NCBI RefSeq assembly: GCF_009914755.1
Contig: NC_060927.1
DNA from: the human T2T-CHM13v2.0 reference genome, Homo sapiens
DNA: 64,000 nucleotides
Strand: one strand, 5' to 3'
Positions 1 through 13,570 of the stretch are shown piece by piece. The notes beneath the pieces are model-generated. The model was not told the origin of the DNA and made no database searches. It saw nothing but the letters and a program-made list of their open reading frames with translations. The position numbers and the translations under genes were made by a program. Within the stretch, counting starts at the first letter, position 1; each line of letters starts with the position of its first letter.

Positions 1-41
1 CACACAAACACACACACAGACACACACACACACACACACAC
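1..41. repeat. (CA)n microsatellite, imperfect, truncated by window edge
   Basis: cacacaaacacacacacagacacac... read directly. Confidence 0.95.
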
Positions 42-204
42 ATATTTAATTCCTTGACTATCATTTCAATGAAATTGTCAGAAAATAACAAAGATAAGCA
101 ACTGTCTACCATGCTATTATTGCCTGTGGTGCACAGCCACACATTAGTAGTCATCCCTGAAGTCACCACTATATATATATGGATTCTTGAAAATATCATT
201 TGTT

Positions 205-305
205 AAAATGCAGCCAAGTTATTTGCTAAGAAGAAAGGTGACCTTCACTCCAGTTCACAATAACTTTCTCATTTCCATCTGAGACTTCATCATCCTGGCC
301 TACAT
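205..305 (-). mobile_element. MaLR (MST/THE1-type) internal-region fragment
   Basis: aatgcagccaagttatttgctaag...actccagttcacaataactttctcatttccatctgagac resembles the antisense MST/THE1 internal 5' end. Confidence 0.5.
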
Positions 306-491
306 TTCACAAGGTTTCTTCATTTTTACTTCCATTTCTGTTTTTCTCCATGAACTACTCACAAAGATAAGCATAAGCAGGCACAGAATCTTCCATCGGA
401 GTAACATGGCTTCCCTCACCTCTCTTGTAACCCTAGAACTTGCTTACTCTGGTTCAAATTTTATATAACAAATTTGTGAGTTGCATTTCAG

Positions 492-919
492 TGCAGCAGA
501 CCCCTACATTGCTGGTTACATAATTGGAGCATGCCCAGGTAAGTATGCCAGGTGCGTGGTCTAGGAGCCAGCAAGAGCGGAAGAGTCACCCAGAAGCAGA
601 ACCAATCTACTTGGATCAAGGAATGGGGACCAAATGCAGAAACAAGGGATGCCTGCTTTTGTTGTAGTATGGACTTAAGAGCCAAGGACGTCAGCATGAC
701 CTAGCAAAGTCACGCCTCATTGCATTTTCTTATCTGTTTCATTGTAACCCTCTACCAACAAAACCTATCCCCATATCCCAGCCTCGGAAAGACAGATTTG
801 AGCATTTCCTCCTGTCTCCTCTCCAGTGACTTTGCCATGAAGCTTTTTCTTTTCTCAAAAACTGGTGTTGTGGTATTGGTTTCTATGTACACTGAGCAGT
901 ACGCCTTTGCTTGGTAACA
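492..919 (+). mobile_element. Putative solo ERV LTR (probably ERVL class), family unassigned
   Basis: ~430 bp block starting TG(cagcag) and ending (ggtaa)CA, higher GC than flanks, U5-like end 'gcctttgcttggtaaca'; no clear TSD. Confidence 0.45.
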
Positions 920-1399
920 CTCTATCATTACACTCAGAAAGCAGAAGCCTGGTGGGCAGCTGTTGGCGGTAGCAACTGTTGCATCCCTGAGCACCACCTC
1001 CTGGGAATGGCTGGGATGAAGAGAGGCACAGGGGTGCACTGGTGACTTCAAGGATGAGTACTCACGTGTGGCTGTGCACCACAAGCAAGGATCACCATCA
1101 GACCCGGGGCAATCCTGCCACCTGGGTCACACAAGCCTCATTTGCCCAGCCTGCTTCTACCTGGACAAGGTCCTGCTCACCTAGGGGAGCCTCCTGCACT
1201 AGAGACGCTGCTCACGCTCTTAATCTTGATCTTAAATGTTTTTTGGCCATGCTGCCATGTTGCTGGAATAGTCTCTTCTGTCTTCTACTGTCTGATGAAC
1301 TTATCCCCCAAACTGCTGTTTCATTTCATGCAGAGGAGTTTAGCTACATTATGTATTTTTTTTTATTTCTCATTGACTCATACTCATAGACATGCTTTA

Positions 1400-1568
1400 C
1401 ATAATCTATGTTTAATCTAAATTTTCATTGATTGTATGATGCATCATTATATAATTTGCCACTAAAGAGAAAGGCCGCTAATTATGACTTTAAGACATCT
1501 TAAATTGTAAGACAGGTCTTGATTTTAAAATAGAAAAATATTAATTTTGGCATCAATTAAATATCGTA
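1400..1568 (-). mobile_element. MER104-like (TcMar-Tc2) DNA transposon fossil
   Basis: cattgattgtatgatgcatcattat...ccactaaagaga...attgtaagaca...aaatatcgta follows the antisense MER104 layout. Confidence 0.55.
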
Positions 1569-2800
1569 CATGGTTTATCCCATAATCTTCCCAAATGAAA
1601 CATCTCAGAGAATTCTGGTATTAAAACAAGAAAGTTGATCGCAATAGTCTGAATGAGGACTAGCGACTTAAGTGGCTGTAAATCGAATTTTTTTATAGCT
1701 AGACTTTACTGAGATCTCTAATCATTAAAGCTTCTACTACACAGATTCAGATAACTTGAAGATATGTTTTTCATGAAGGAAATTTTGCTTTGCTTCCACA
1801 GTAATAACAGTGTGGTATTTAATTAGTTCTATTTTAAAATTTTTATATTAAAAATAAACATTAATTTAGCTTTAATATTAGCTATTGAATTTGATGTGGG
1901 TTATTAATTAAACTCTAAAATGTGTGAAGAAGCAAATATTTTTCTTCCAAGTATCCATTCAAATTAGATGTATTCATATATATTCCCAAATTTACTTGCA
2001 GAGTGAGATTTCATTTTTGACATGATAGTATTTGAATAATATGAGATAGTCTACTAAAATAAGTACATTTATAAATAATGAGTTATTTGAAGAAAATGGA
2101 ACATGTAACATAATATTAAGTATATAATCTAATATGCATCTTATATAAAATACTAAAGGACTATATATGTGGTTACCAAACTTTTTGCTAAAACTTTTTA
2201 TTATTTTTCTGTAGAATTATTTTTTGTCATATTTTCCACATAGAAAATGGAAATATATAAAAAGGTAAAATTTGGGGTTTCCTGCCCTGCTTAAATGCCA
2301 CTGCTGTAGGCAAAACTCATAAATAAGAATGAAATACAATAATAAAATCATCTTGTCTTTTCATTTAGAATTACGTAATTTGAATTTTTTGCTGTTGTTA
2401 TGTTCTCACCTACTCATAGACATTTCTGTGGTGAATGTATATTCATATGATGCACTAACCAAGAGTAGGTATTTATTTAACAATTACATTTAATATAAAA
2501 TTAACATAAGATCCTTACTGACTGACTTTTCATAACCATTGTAAATATACAACACATATAACAAATGGAGAATCAGGAGTTTATTTCTACTAGATCAGTT
2601 CCAATGGCTTGTGGTATGGAAATACATTCTGTAATGAGCTATTACTTATCAATTATATACTTTGCATTGACCGAAGTTGCAGTTAGGTCACTCATGTTGG
2701 ATGTCTTTTATATCATTTAGAAAAGTTTTATTAGTTCTAAGAAAATAACTTTCAGTGTCCAGCACAACAGACTCTGAAGATTAAATACTAATAGAATATC

Positions 2801-3102
2801 TTTTTTTTTTCTAAGACAAACTCTTACTCTGTCACCTAGGCTGAAGTGCAGTATCATGATCACAGCTCACTACAGCCTCCATCTCCCAGGCTCAAGCTAT
2901 TCTCCCACCTCAGCTCCTCCCCATCCTCAGTAGCTGGAATTACATGTGTGTGCCACTGCACCAGGGATAATTTTATTTATTTATTTTTTTTGTAAGATAA
3001 AAAACTACAGGTCTCACTAGGTTGCCCTGGCTGGTCTGGAACTTCAGGCTTAAGTGATCCACTCACTTCAGACTCCCCACATGCTAGGATTACAGGCATG
3101 CC
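2801..3102 (-). mobile_element. AluJ-type SINE, highly diverged
   Basis: Poly-T, then 'gtcacctaggctgaagtgcagtatcatgatcacagctcactacagcctcc...ggctcaagc' (J-type), AT-rich linker, ends 'gattacaggcatg'. Confidence 0.9.
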
Positions 3103-3189
3103 TGTCCTAAAACATCTTTTTAATCCTTAAGAAGAGTCACCTGGAGAGGCAATGGCCCTGTTAGCACTGGCCTCTGTTTTGAGTGTTGG

Positions 3190-4440
3190 AGAAGGATTTC
3201 CATTAAGACAGCGTGAAGATGCTGGTAAATCCTTCCCACACGCAAAGTATGAAACTGGGCAAAATTGTCAAAAAAACATCCTTTCAGGTTTGCAAGTTGC
3301 CAAAGGCAGAGAACAAATTGAAGAACATATATTCTTGAGAAACTAGGGGAGCTTTGGGAAAGCTCTGCTGCCAACTTGCCTTGGGCAGTTCCCATCAACA
3401 ACCCCAGTTCGGTTGCCAAGAAAAGTAGCTTTACAAAGGTGAAGATGGCAAGGGAGGAGAATGAAGGGGGAAGGAGATCAGAATCATTGCTTCCAGAGGA
3501 GTGGAATTGATTTGAAGTGGGCCAAAAAACTTTGCAGTTTTGTAATTTAAAAGCGACAAACTTGATAGAAAATAATGGGGGAGGGAGAAACACAGTTTTG
3601 CTAACTTAAGTCCCAGTTGTGGTAAGCAGCAGACCCTTCAGAAAATTAGCAAAAGGATCCTGGAAATAAGAGCCACAGAAGAACTTAATATATTTGAGCA
3701 CAAACTCTGGCTAAATCATTGGTTGGCTACTAGGCTAGACAATCGCTAGTAAGCTAGGCTAAAAGAAAATACTAAAAAGAAAAAAAAACTGAGCGGAGAT
3801 ATCAGCAACTATACAACATGGAGGAAAAGTTTCTGCAGTTTGAGTCCAGGTAAGGTAATTAAAAAGTAAAAGTAAGACAGAATCCAAATGGATCAATACA
3901 TTATATGATCAAAAATTTGTAGTTTTCAATAAAATATTACAAGATACACAAGAAATGGGAAAGTATCACCCACACTCAAGAATAAATGCTGTCAATAGAA
4001 ACTAATTCTGAGTAGGCATAGATATTGGATTTGCTAGACAAAGGATTCAAAAAGAATATTATAAGTAAGTTTAAAGAACTAAAGCAAAGTATGAAAATAA
4101 CACATAGTCAATTTCAACAGAGAAAGGTAAACTATAAAAGAAAATCAAGTGGAAATTCTAGAGCTTAAAGGAGTGAAAACAAAAATGAAAAATTTGCTAG
4201 ATTAGCTCAACAAGAGGTATAAGATGGCAGAAGAAAAATCAGTGTGCTCTCAGAGGAATCAATAGAAATTACTGAGTGCATGAAACAAATAAAAAAAACT
4301 GATGCAAGAACTTCAGTGAATGCAATAAAAATCTTAAGCATTAAAACATGTATGTAATGGGATTCCTAGGAGAATGGGAGAGAGAAAGGGTATAAAAAAA
4401 TTAAATGAATAATGGTTAAAAACTTCCAAATTTGATTTTA
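3190..4440 (+). mobile_element. Ancient L1M 5'UTR/ORF1 remnant
   Basis: 'gaaactgggcaaaattgtcaaaaaaacatcctttcagg' resembles an L1M 5' end; A-rich ORF1-like 'caagtggaaattctagagcttaaa', 'tatgtaatgggattcctaggag'. Confidence 0.65.
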
Positions 4441-4449
4441 AAGCATATT

Positions 4450-5042
4450 ATTCCAAATAATTTATGTAGATTCTCCATCTTGTAAGGAGATGAAATATAA
4501 TTCCGCATGCCTTAAGTGTATGCTATATTAGAGACTTTCCTTCAAAGAGTACAGTATGGTGAGGATGGGAAAATAAAGGAACTTAACAATGGAGAGACTT
4601 TGTGACTATTACCTAAAGCCAGGTGATCGAGTTTAACCTCAACAGTAATAAGACATTGATAATATACACTCTAACATAATATGATAAGAATGATACTTTA
4701 CTACCGTGATTTTCCTCCCCAAGACAAATTACCCCAGCCTAATAATGAGAAAATCATCGAACAAATCTCAATCGAGGGACATTTTACAAAATATCTAAAC
4801 TAATTATCAAAACTATCAAAGTCATCAAAAACAGTACAAGTCTAAGAAATTGTCAAAGACAAAAGAAATCAAAGGAGAGTACTAAATGTCATATGTTATC
4901 CTAGATGGGCTCTTGGGATAGCAAAAGGACATTAGAGAAAAACTGAGAAAATTTGAATAAAGTATAGACTTTAGTTAATAATAATGTATTACTCTTGCTT
5001 ATTCATTTCAGATAAATGTACCACATTTATGAAAGACGTTAA
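4450..5042 (+). mobile_element. L1MC-type 3'UTR fragment
   Basis: 'gagggacattttacaaaata', 'gttatcctagatgggctcttggg...aaaggacattag', 'tttgaataaagtatagactttagttaataataatgtatt'. Confidence 0.75.
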
Positions 5043-5094
5043 GCCATTAAATTTGCTATAATTTGTTACATCACTAAAAGTAAACTAATACACA

Positions 5095-5545
5095 TTTCCA
5101 TGAACATTATGTAAGAATTTGTTCCTCCACATCCTCACCAACACTTGATATAACCAGTTTTTTCAATATTACCATTCTAACAGCTGTCTAATGTCATCTC
5201 ATTGTGGCTTTAATTTGCAATTTCTTAAAAAATAATGGTGTCAAACGTCTTTGCATGTACTCTCTGACATTTGTATATCTGCTTTGCTTAATATTTGTTC
5301 AAATATTGTCCCCATTTTGATTAGGCTTAATTTTCTTTTACAGTTTGGGAAGTTTTATATATATATATATATATATACTGGATACATGTCCTTTATCAGA
5401 GATATATAAATATTTTCATCTATTCTGTGACTTGTCTTTTTATTTTTTAATGATGCCTTTGAGAGATTTAAAAACAATTTGATGAAGTCCAATTTATCAA
5501 TTTGTTCTTTCGTGGACCATTCTTTTGCTGTCATAGCTAAATAAT
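5095..5545 (-). mobile_element. L1M ORF2 3' fragment with embedded (TA)n at 5356-5377
   Basis: 'ctccacatcctcaccaacacttg', 'tctcattgtggctttaatttgca', 'tttgatgaagtccaatttatcaattt'. Confidence 0.75.
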
Positions 5546-7121
5546 TTAGCTAAACAAAATGAATGAATGCATAGTTGAAGGAATAATCTAATAATGGCTT
5601 CAACTCTGCCAGTGTATTATGTTTGTCTCAGGCATGCACTTTAGATATCCAACCCTTATACCTTAGCCACCCCCAAACTGCATATTTTGTAAGTACTCTT
5701 TTTAAATTTAATTTATTATAGAAAGATGGGATAACTAAAAATACTCATATTATTTGTGCCAAGAAGAAAAGGACCATATGTTTCAAATCATGAGACTTAG
5801 CTTCAAAGAAAGAACATCAGGAAGTTAAATATTCTTTTAGCAATCCTTCCAAACTATGGGTATACACTACTATTTTTTCTTCATAGATTCTGCCATCTTT
5901 ACCTTATGCTTTTATCTAGGTTGAGGTGGTGAATATATGTACTTTAGGACAAGTAATAATTCTTTCAAAATATTACTACTCTGTATTTCTCATAGTTCAA
6001 TGAAATTTTGTAGGTTTTTAACAATTTTTGACAAATGTAGCTAAAGAAAACCAGACACCAATTAACCCGGCATGTATCATGAAGATAATGAAGAATCATT
6101 AAATATTTTTTAGAGCAGAGAATAATAGATAAGAGATGTACGTGAATATTAATCTAATAGTTTGTGTGTATTAGATAAGTCAATATTTGTGGGAATAAGA
6201 ATCAGTTAATAGATGTCAGCTAAGAAGCAATTTTGCAGCAATAGCAGAATGACCTGATATGGAAAGGCATATTAAATTTCAATGAATAAATGCTTGATTG
6301 AATATGAAAAATGAGGCAGGGAATTCTAAGAGCAAAGTAAATGAGAGAATGGGCCATAGGCAAAATCAGAAACTGTAAATAGACATCACTATGCAAAATT
6401 TTCCGTGATCTCGTCCCAGATTACTTTTGCCTTGTCCTTCTTCTCCACTCAAACCCACAGATTCTACCAAAGAGAATTAAGTCCTAACTATGTTATGAAT
6501 ATTTAATCTCTGAAGACATTTAATTGGGATGCTCCCCACACATTGGAATACACAGAACTTCTAGATTCCACTGGATCATTCATTCTTAGAGTAACATAGA
6601 TAAGTATTTCTTAAACTACTGCTTGAGGAGATTGTACTAGGTTCTGTGGTTGGCAGCTGGGAAATCAACTAGTAAACAATTCTAGTGGAGTTTAACAAGT
6701 GATATGATAAAAGTATATAAAAGCAAAGTGCAACAGCACCTATTGCTATTAAGTGAGGAAGGACCAATGAGGCTGGGCACAAACAAGAACTTGATTCCAT
6801 AAAAACAAGTTAGATTTTATTTTTCATGCTGCATTTTTCCAAATTTGTCTAATAAAAATCACCAGGAATACTTAAGTTTTGATATTAGGAAATGATTTTG
6901 GCATATACACAGAAAAAAAAATTGAGGAATGTTTACCCTATCCACAGATGGAATATTAGCAAGAAATAATTTAGCCATTTAAAGTTGTAGGACAGGAGAT
7001 AAAAGAGGAAAATTTATAATATACATTTTAGGGGTAGTATAAATTACACCTACTCATTGAGACTTTCATTGATCATTTTTAGGTAAAAAGAATCTCTCTA
7101 TTGCTTATGTTCTTGAGTGTC

Positions 7122-7146
7122 TGTGTGTGTGTGTGTGTGTGTGTGT
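7122..7146. repeat. (TG)n microsatellite
   Basis: Perfect TG run read directly. Confidence 0.95.
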
Positions 7147-9376
7147 ATAGGTACATTTGTGAGTGTATATGGGTGAATGTGTATACATGTGCATGTCTGT
7201 ATTCGTTTGTAAGTTCTTTGTGGATGCAAGATAAGTTAATCCAGAAATTAAGTGCTGTATAGAGTTGTTACTCAACTGGTACTCACTGAATATTTGAATA
7301 AACTTGACCTACATGATTTTAAGGCTAACTATTAAAAGAAAACTTTGGTTGAGGATAAAGCTGTGTAGTAGGCTAGAATTCAGCTTCAGGGTTCTGACTG
7401 AGTCACTAAGAGTTTTTTTTAAAACCATTTTTACTATTTTTTCCCCAAGTGTAAATGAGAATAATGGTTACCTGCCTCAAAGGGGTGTTGTGCAGAATAG
7501 CTGGTTGACAGTTTTAAACTATTTTGAAGATAGAATGTACTATAAATGCTCTAAAGAAAAAAAGCGCAATGGAATAAAACACTTGAACCAAAGCCTTAGG
7601 AAAGTTAGTATGTCTTTTAGGCTGGCAATCTTCTACTAATAAAGAATTCTATGGGAAATTAACTCCACAACATTTTTTATTTTCTTGCCTCTTTTCTACT
7701 TTCTTCTGTAGCTAATGTCTGCCTAGTGACTCAATTAAACAGGAAAGTTCTAGTAATGCCACATGTTGTAATAGATGTTACTCATAAAGAAAGAAATGCA
7801 ATGAAGATTATAAAGTGGTCATTAATCACACCACAAGATTTAGTCTGTTCAAAGACATCACTATATTCAGAAATTACCAGAACTATTTTAAAATTAGTTT
7901 TATCATTGGAAATTCTGGATATAGTTGTAGAGGGCTAGAAGCAAAAGTTCACTTTTGTGTAGAAATATCTAATAATTTTTCTGAAACACAAATATCAGAG
8001 CTAGATATGAAGTTCATTTTTCAAAATAATTGTTATTTTTCCAAATGAAAAATGAGATATTAAAAACTCCGAAAAGGTATTATTTTGTTTAGTCATTCTT
8101 ATTGAGAATATTTACACAATTATGCATTTACATATCCTATTTTGTAAACCCAAATCAATACACATATAGCTTAAAACAGAACAAAAAACTGCATGCCACA
8201 AAATTTTTGTGAGAAAAAAATGTTAAAAAATAAAACAAAGTGACCAATTTTACATGTTCTTCAATAGAGTTGATATACATCTTTACCATTCTATGTTCTA
8301 TATTTTATAATAATGGATCATGAATCTAACATTTCAATCCGTATTTTAAAACAAACAAAAACAGAGATTTAAAAAAAATATCAAATTCTTATGTAGAAAT
8401 AAGCACTGTATCTCATCATTTCACTAGTTCTTGCCACACAAAAACATATTGTATATTAACTATTACATTTTGAACTTCAATAATAAAGTCAAAAATGGCA
8501 TATTTCTCAAGTATATTATTGTACATCATTAAAATATCAGAGTAGAAAATGCTACAGTCTCTTTATTATTTTTAACATTTAGTAAAATATTTTAATCTTA
8601 AATCTGTATTAATATTGTTCATTGAAAGTACCTTCTGATTTTAGAGATCAATGATTCAATAGATATTAGATCAGTAGATTCATCAGATAGTTAGTACCTG
8701 GAAATTAAGTACACACTGGGATGAGCATATTAGAATGCTCTGATTATATGCCTAGAAGCCAGTAATTTAGTTAGGAAGATAAAATTAACAAATGAAAACA
8801 TAGTAACAAATAATTAAATGATAAACTGGATTTTGGTGACTCTAGCAAAAATGTGTGATGTAGAAAAACTATAAATGAGCTTGTAGAGAAAATAGGCTTA
8901 CAAAAATTTGGATGGGATAAAGGAAGAGGAATGGGCATTTGGGTAAAGATTGAAAGGCAAGTTGAAAGGTATAGATTTTAAAATTCAAATTGTATTAAGT
9001 GGAAAGCAGTCAGATATATAAAAACACAAATGCAATTTCCATAATATACTTAAGTTTGTTATATTAGATATATTTTAGACATTCTGAATAATTTGATAAA
9101 TAGAATGTAAGTCTCTTGAGCATTTGTTTGTTTTAATCATCACAGCCTCAAGAACAGTTTCTTTTCTAGGGTAGGAGCCCAATAAAGATTTGCTGAGACA
9201 ATAAATAAATAAAAGATGAATTTGTAACTGGAAGTGGTAAGCAGTATGGGTCAATTGTAGCTCCTTAACAAGCAGAGTGGCAGGATGAAACGTGTTTAGA
9301 AAGCTGATTTTGGCAATGGTTATGCAAGATGACACTAGAGGAATAATTACGTGGCACTGTCAGTGGAAACATTTCT

Positions 9377-9938
9377 TTTTTTTTCTTTTTTTTTAAATTA
9401 TACTTTAAGTGCTAGGACACATGTGCAAAATGTGCAGGTTTGTTACAGAGGTATACATGTGCCAAAGTTGTTTGTTGCACCCATCAACCCATCATTCTAC
9501 ATTAGGTATTTCTCCTGATGCTATACTTCCTCTAGCTTCCCACCTCCTGACAGGCCCTGGTGTGTGATGTTCCCCTCTATGTGTCCATGTGTTCTCATTG
9601 TTCAACTCCCACTTCTGAGTGAGAACATGTGGTGTTTCGTTTTCTTTTCCTGTATTAGTTTGTTGAGAATGATGGTTTCTAGCGTCATCCATGTGCCTGC
9701 AAAAGACATGAACTCATCTTTTTTTATGGCCACATAGTATTCCATGGTGTATATGTGTCACATTTTCTTTATCCAGTCTATCATTGATGGGCATTTGGGT
9801 TGGTTCCAACTCTTTGCTGTTGTGAACAGTGCTGCAATAAACATACATGTGCATGTGTCTTTATGGCAGAATGATTTATAATCCTTTGGGAATATATCCA
9901 GTAATGGGATCAAATGGTATTTCTGGTTCTAGATCCTT
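9377..9938 (-). mobile_element. 5'-truncated L1PA (about PA7/PA8 age) 3' end with poly(A) and TSD
   Basis: Poly-T, then 'ttatactttaagt...catgtgcaaaatgtgcaggtttgttac'; TSD gaaacatttct (9366-9376) / gaaccatttct (9939-9949). Confidence 0.92.
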
Positions 9939-12359
9939 GAACCATTTCTACTGGAGGTTAGTGCTTGACTTGGCCATGGTTTGAACATCCCATCATGTAT
10001 GTTTTCAAATGTCAAAAAAATACAACATTACAAATATTACCAATTGAATCAATCTGGCATTTGTGCCTTATGATATTTTGCTGAGCTATCATAGCATTTG
10101 CATTACACGTAAGCAGTGAACCAAGAAGGAAAGGCTTGTATCCATTACATTTGGCAGCAAAGCTGTATCAAACGAATTTATTCTACATTTATATTAAAGT
10201 TGACGTCAGTGTGCCTATGCCTGCAGAAAATGAAGGGCCTAAAAAGAAACTGTTTCTTCTTAATTGTTGGTCCTAAAACAAATATGAAACTAAATAAAAA
10301 TGACAAAAATAAAAGCATGAATAATTTGTGCAGTTATTTGTTTAGTGATGATTAAAGAGTAAGATAATTATTTATTTATTTATTTTTAAGTTTCAGTTTT
10401 GTCTCACTTCCCTAGTACCAAATAGGTGCAGAGATACACATTAAAATCTACATGTCCCAATTTTACTATCATTATAATTAGTAAAATCTGTGGACACTCT
10501 TATAACTATATTATCAATAATTTACTTTCTTTACTTATAACAATACTCTTCACTAACATTTGTATAAGGCCATAATTGTATATACATTATTTCAATTAGC
10601 CTCAGTAAGTAAGTTGTTTGGATGGGGCATGTGTTACTACTTTATTTTATAGATAGGAAATCTAATAATCAGAGAAACAATAATTCCATATTGTCCAATA
10701 ATTGCAGAACTATGGTCTTTTAACTCACTTATTTTACTCTATGACACTGCTATTCCTCCTACTGCTTTCCCTTCACTAGGGACTTCTTTTTTTCCTTTAA
10801 GCTCTTGACAAAATTAAAATTTATCATTGAAATACTACACATGTCCAAATTCATTATTGATCTATTTAAGAATGAAACAGTTTGTCTAAGTTTAAATATA
10901 TGAAATTCTACTTTATGTACAACTTGGGAACAAAAGAGCCATATTAGATAATTTAATTATTTCTCTGCAAAAACACATGCACTATAATATAACCTGATCA
11001 TGTTCCTCACAGTCATGACAGAAGGAAACGTAGAAGAGAAGATTCAGTGGATAATTTTTAAAAGTTTTCTGAAGCCATATTTTTAACCTACATATATCTG
11101 TAAGCCTCAGCATAAGTAATTCTGTGCTGTCTTAACTAGCAATAAATTCAGATAATTAACATTCAATAAACATTTTGGTATCTACAGGAAAGTTATTTTC
11201 TTCTACCTTCATGTATTTGAGTAGTCAGTGTTAAGTTATTCAATACTAGCTCACTAACACAAGAGTTTCAAAAGGTATCATTTACTAAATAAATTATATG
11301 ATTATTTCTTGTAGTATTAATTACCCCACAAATGGTAGAGAAAAATTACAAAAACTAGCTGCTACCCAAAAACCTTGCCTCCCCTCATAGAACAGAAATA
11401 AAATGAATCTTAAGCAAAATTACTAAATTATCCTACAAAGTCATGTCAGAGATAGGAGAAAATCATTTGGAAAACAATTACTTTAGCAAGAATTGACTAA
11501 AACCTCATTAAAGTAATTAACATAATTAAGAAAAAGTATATTTTTTAATATAGCTCCTTGATTCTAGAAACATCAAGAAAGCAAATTTTGAACGTGCTTA
11601 TTCAAGCACCATGATACTTGGTTGTTTGGTCTTAATAAGCACAAAATTCCATATTTTGGATTTGAATGAATAAGGTTGTCTTCGTGGAATGATGCTTTCA
11701 CACATTCAAAGCACACAGTGACTTTCCTTTTTCTGATTCTGTGCTTACCAAACACATTTCTGATTGTAATTTGACTTTTAGTCTAGCATAAGTACAGATA
11801 GCATTTTAGTTATATTTGAGTATAGCTTGCCAAAGAAGAGAAAATATGCTGATCTACCTTTGAGTTCAGGCTTTAAACATCTGTCTCTCAGGACTCAGTT
11901 AATATGAGCCTTTTCCCGTGATACAGATCTATTCTTAGTATGTTGATACATCCAGTTCTTGTGCTTGCCAAGGCTTAAGAACTGACTGCAGGCAGCTGCA
12001 GTGAACGTGAACACTCAAAAATAATGAGGACAAATGAGGCATCTTGAAGAGAGCCAACGCCTTTCTAGCAACTCATGTGCCCAAGGCAACTTTTATTTTA
12101 ACTTTAGAATTGAGCATTTACTATGTATTCAGAATCATGATAATTGTTTCTGAGAATTCAAAGTTAGAAAGCTTAGGCCTTTTTCCAAGGAACTTAAAAT
12201 CTCACTTATGAAAAAATTGTATTCTTGTCCTATGAAAGGCAGTGATTGAGACGTCTAAATATGAAAGGCAACACAAGATTAAGATTAGAATATCATCATA
12301 AGAGAAAAATTATGCCAATTCTTTTATTTTATATTAACAGGTGAAGGAAAACTATTCCT

Positions 12360-13275
12360 TTTCTATTTCTATACAGTGACTAGTGTTATCATCTTAAGTC
12401 ATATCTCTTAACCCCTCTGTTAAATACGCTTTAATGGCTACATATTGCACTAGAATTTACTGTGTTATCTTCTACGTGAGCTTGTATCAGTCTTGTGCCT
12501 AATTGCCCAGGCTCACCTGAGGCTGCTTTACCCCTTTTCAACTACCCTCCACTTAAATGGCCTTTTTCTCTTTCTGGGCTCCATAGTTTCTACATAAACA
12601 CACTCTAAAGTCAGAGGCTTGGGCTCAGGTTTATTATGGATCTCTATGAGAGCTACAAAGAAGTGAAGGAGGAAGCAAGAGTAAGCAAAAGGAAAATCAG
12701 AATAGGAATGCAGTCCAAGAACAACCTCAGTTGGTACTACAGGGTACTCTAGAGCTTCGATGGCCTTTCAAAATCATTGCAAATTGAGGCAAAGGGCACA
12801 GGACTGTGCCTCCATCCTAAGACAGAATCCAGGTACCTCGCAGCATCCACTATTTTTGATTTATCTCGAACCGAACAATATCTCTCCTAATTCAGGGCTT
12901 TTGTGCATGTTATTCTCATCTTTTTGCCTGGAATGCTCTAGTCTTCCACCACCCCACAACCACTGCCTCAAAGTTTTGGTTCACTTTTCAGGTCATCTTA
13001 GAACTATAAATTCCTCAGAAAGTTTTTTTCTGACCCTGAATCTAAATTACGTCTTTCTTTTAAACTCTTTCATAGCAATTCATACTTTGCTCTATGTAAA
13101 AGTATAAAATATGTACTTATACTTTAGGTGTGTGCTTTTTCTGTTACTCTTTTCCATTTGTATCATATTGTAAGCTCCAAGGGCACAGATTTGTCACTTC
13201 TCTATGATTAGCACATAGTTCCAGCAACTTGAACATCACAGATGCGTAATCGATATCTGTAAATGAATGAGCAAG
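12360..13275 (+). mobile_element. L2 3' region interrupted by an old ERVL LTR-like block (~12590-12830)
   Basis: L2 motifs 'tttgcctggaatgctct', 'ttgtaagctccaagggcacag', terminal 'aatgaatga'; purine-rich inserted block resembles antisense LTR33/LTR16. Confidence 0.55.
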
Positions 13276-13409
13276 TCTCGGTTCTTCTCTCCTTTAGGCC
13301 CTAGTAATTGCTGACATTTCCCACTAATTATTATGATGATAATTTAACTCATTTAATTTTTTTTGTAAACTGTATGCTGGTTTGTATTAGAATTGTCTCT
13401 GATATTATC

Positions 13410-13570
13410 ACACAGATGTTCTCACAATTGGCTTGCACTAGAATCACCTAAAAGACTTGTAATATGCTGAGTTTTGACCCCAGCATCTCTGCTTCACTAA
13501 GCCTGGGTTAAGCCCCTGTATTTGCATTGCTGATGCTACTATTCCAGGAATGGCCCTCTGATAATTGTCT
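13410..13570. mobile_element. MER5A-like hAT-Charlie MITE
   Basis: 'cagatgttctcacaattggcttgcactagaatcaccta...gtatttgcatt...gatgctactattccagg'. Confidence 0.55.

Noticed and set aside
3120-3593. 157-aa minus-strand ORF
   Set aside because: Non-ATG start, antisense to an old L1M 5' region, no recognisable domain.
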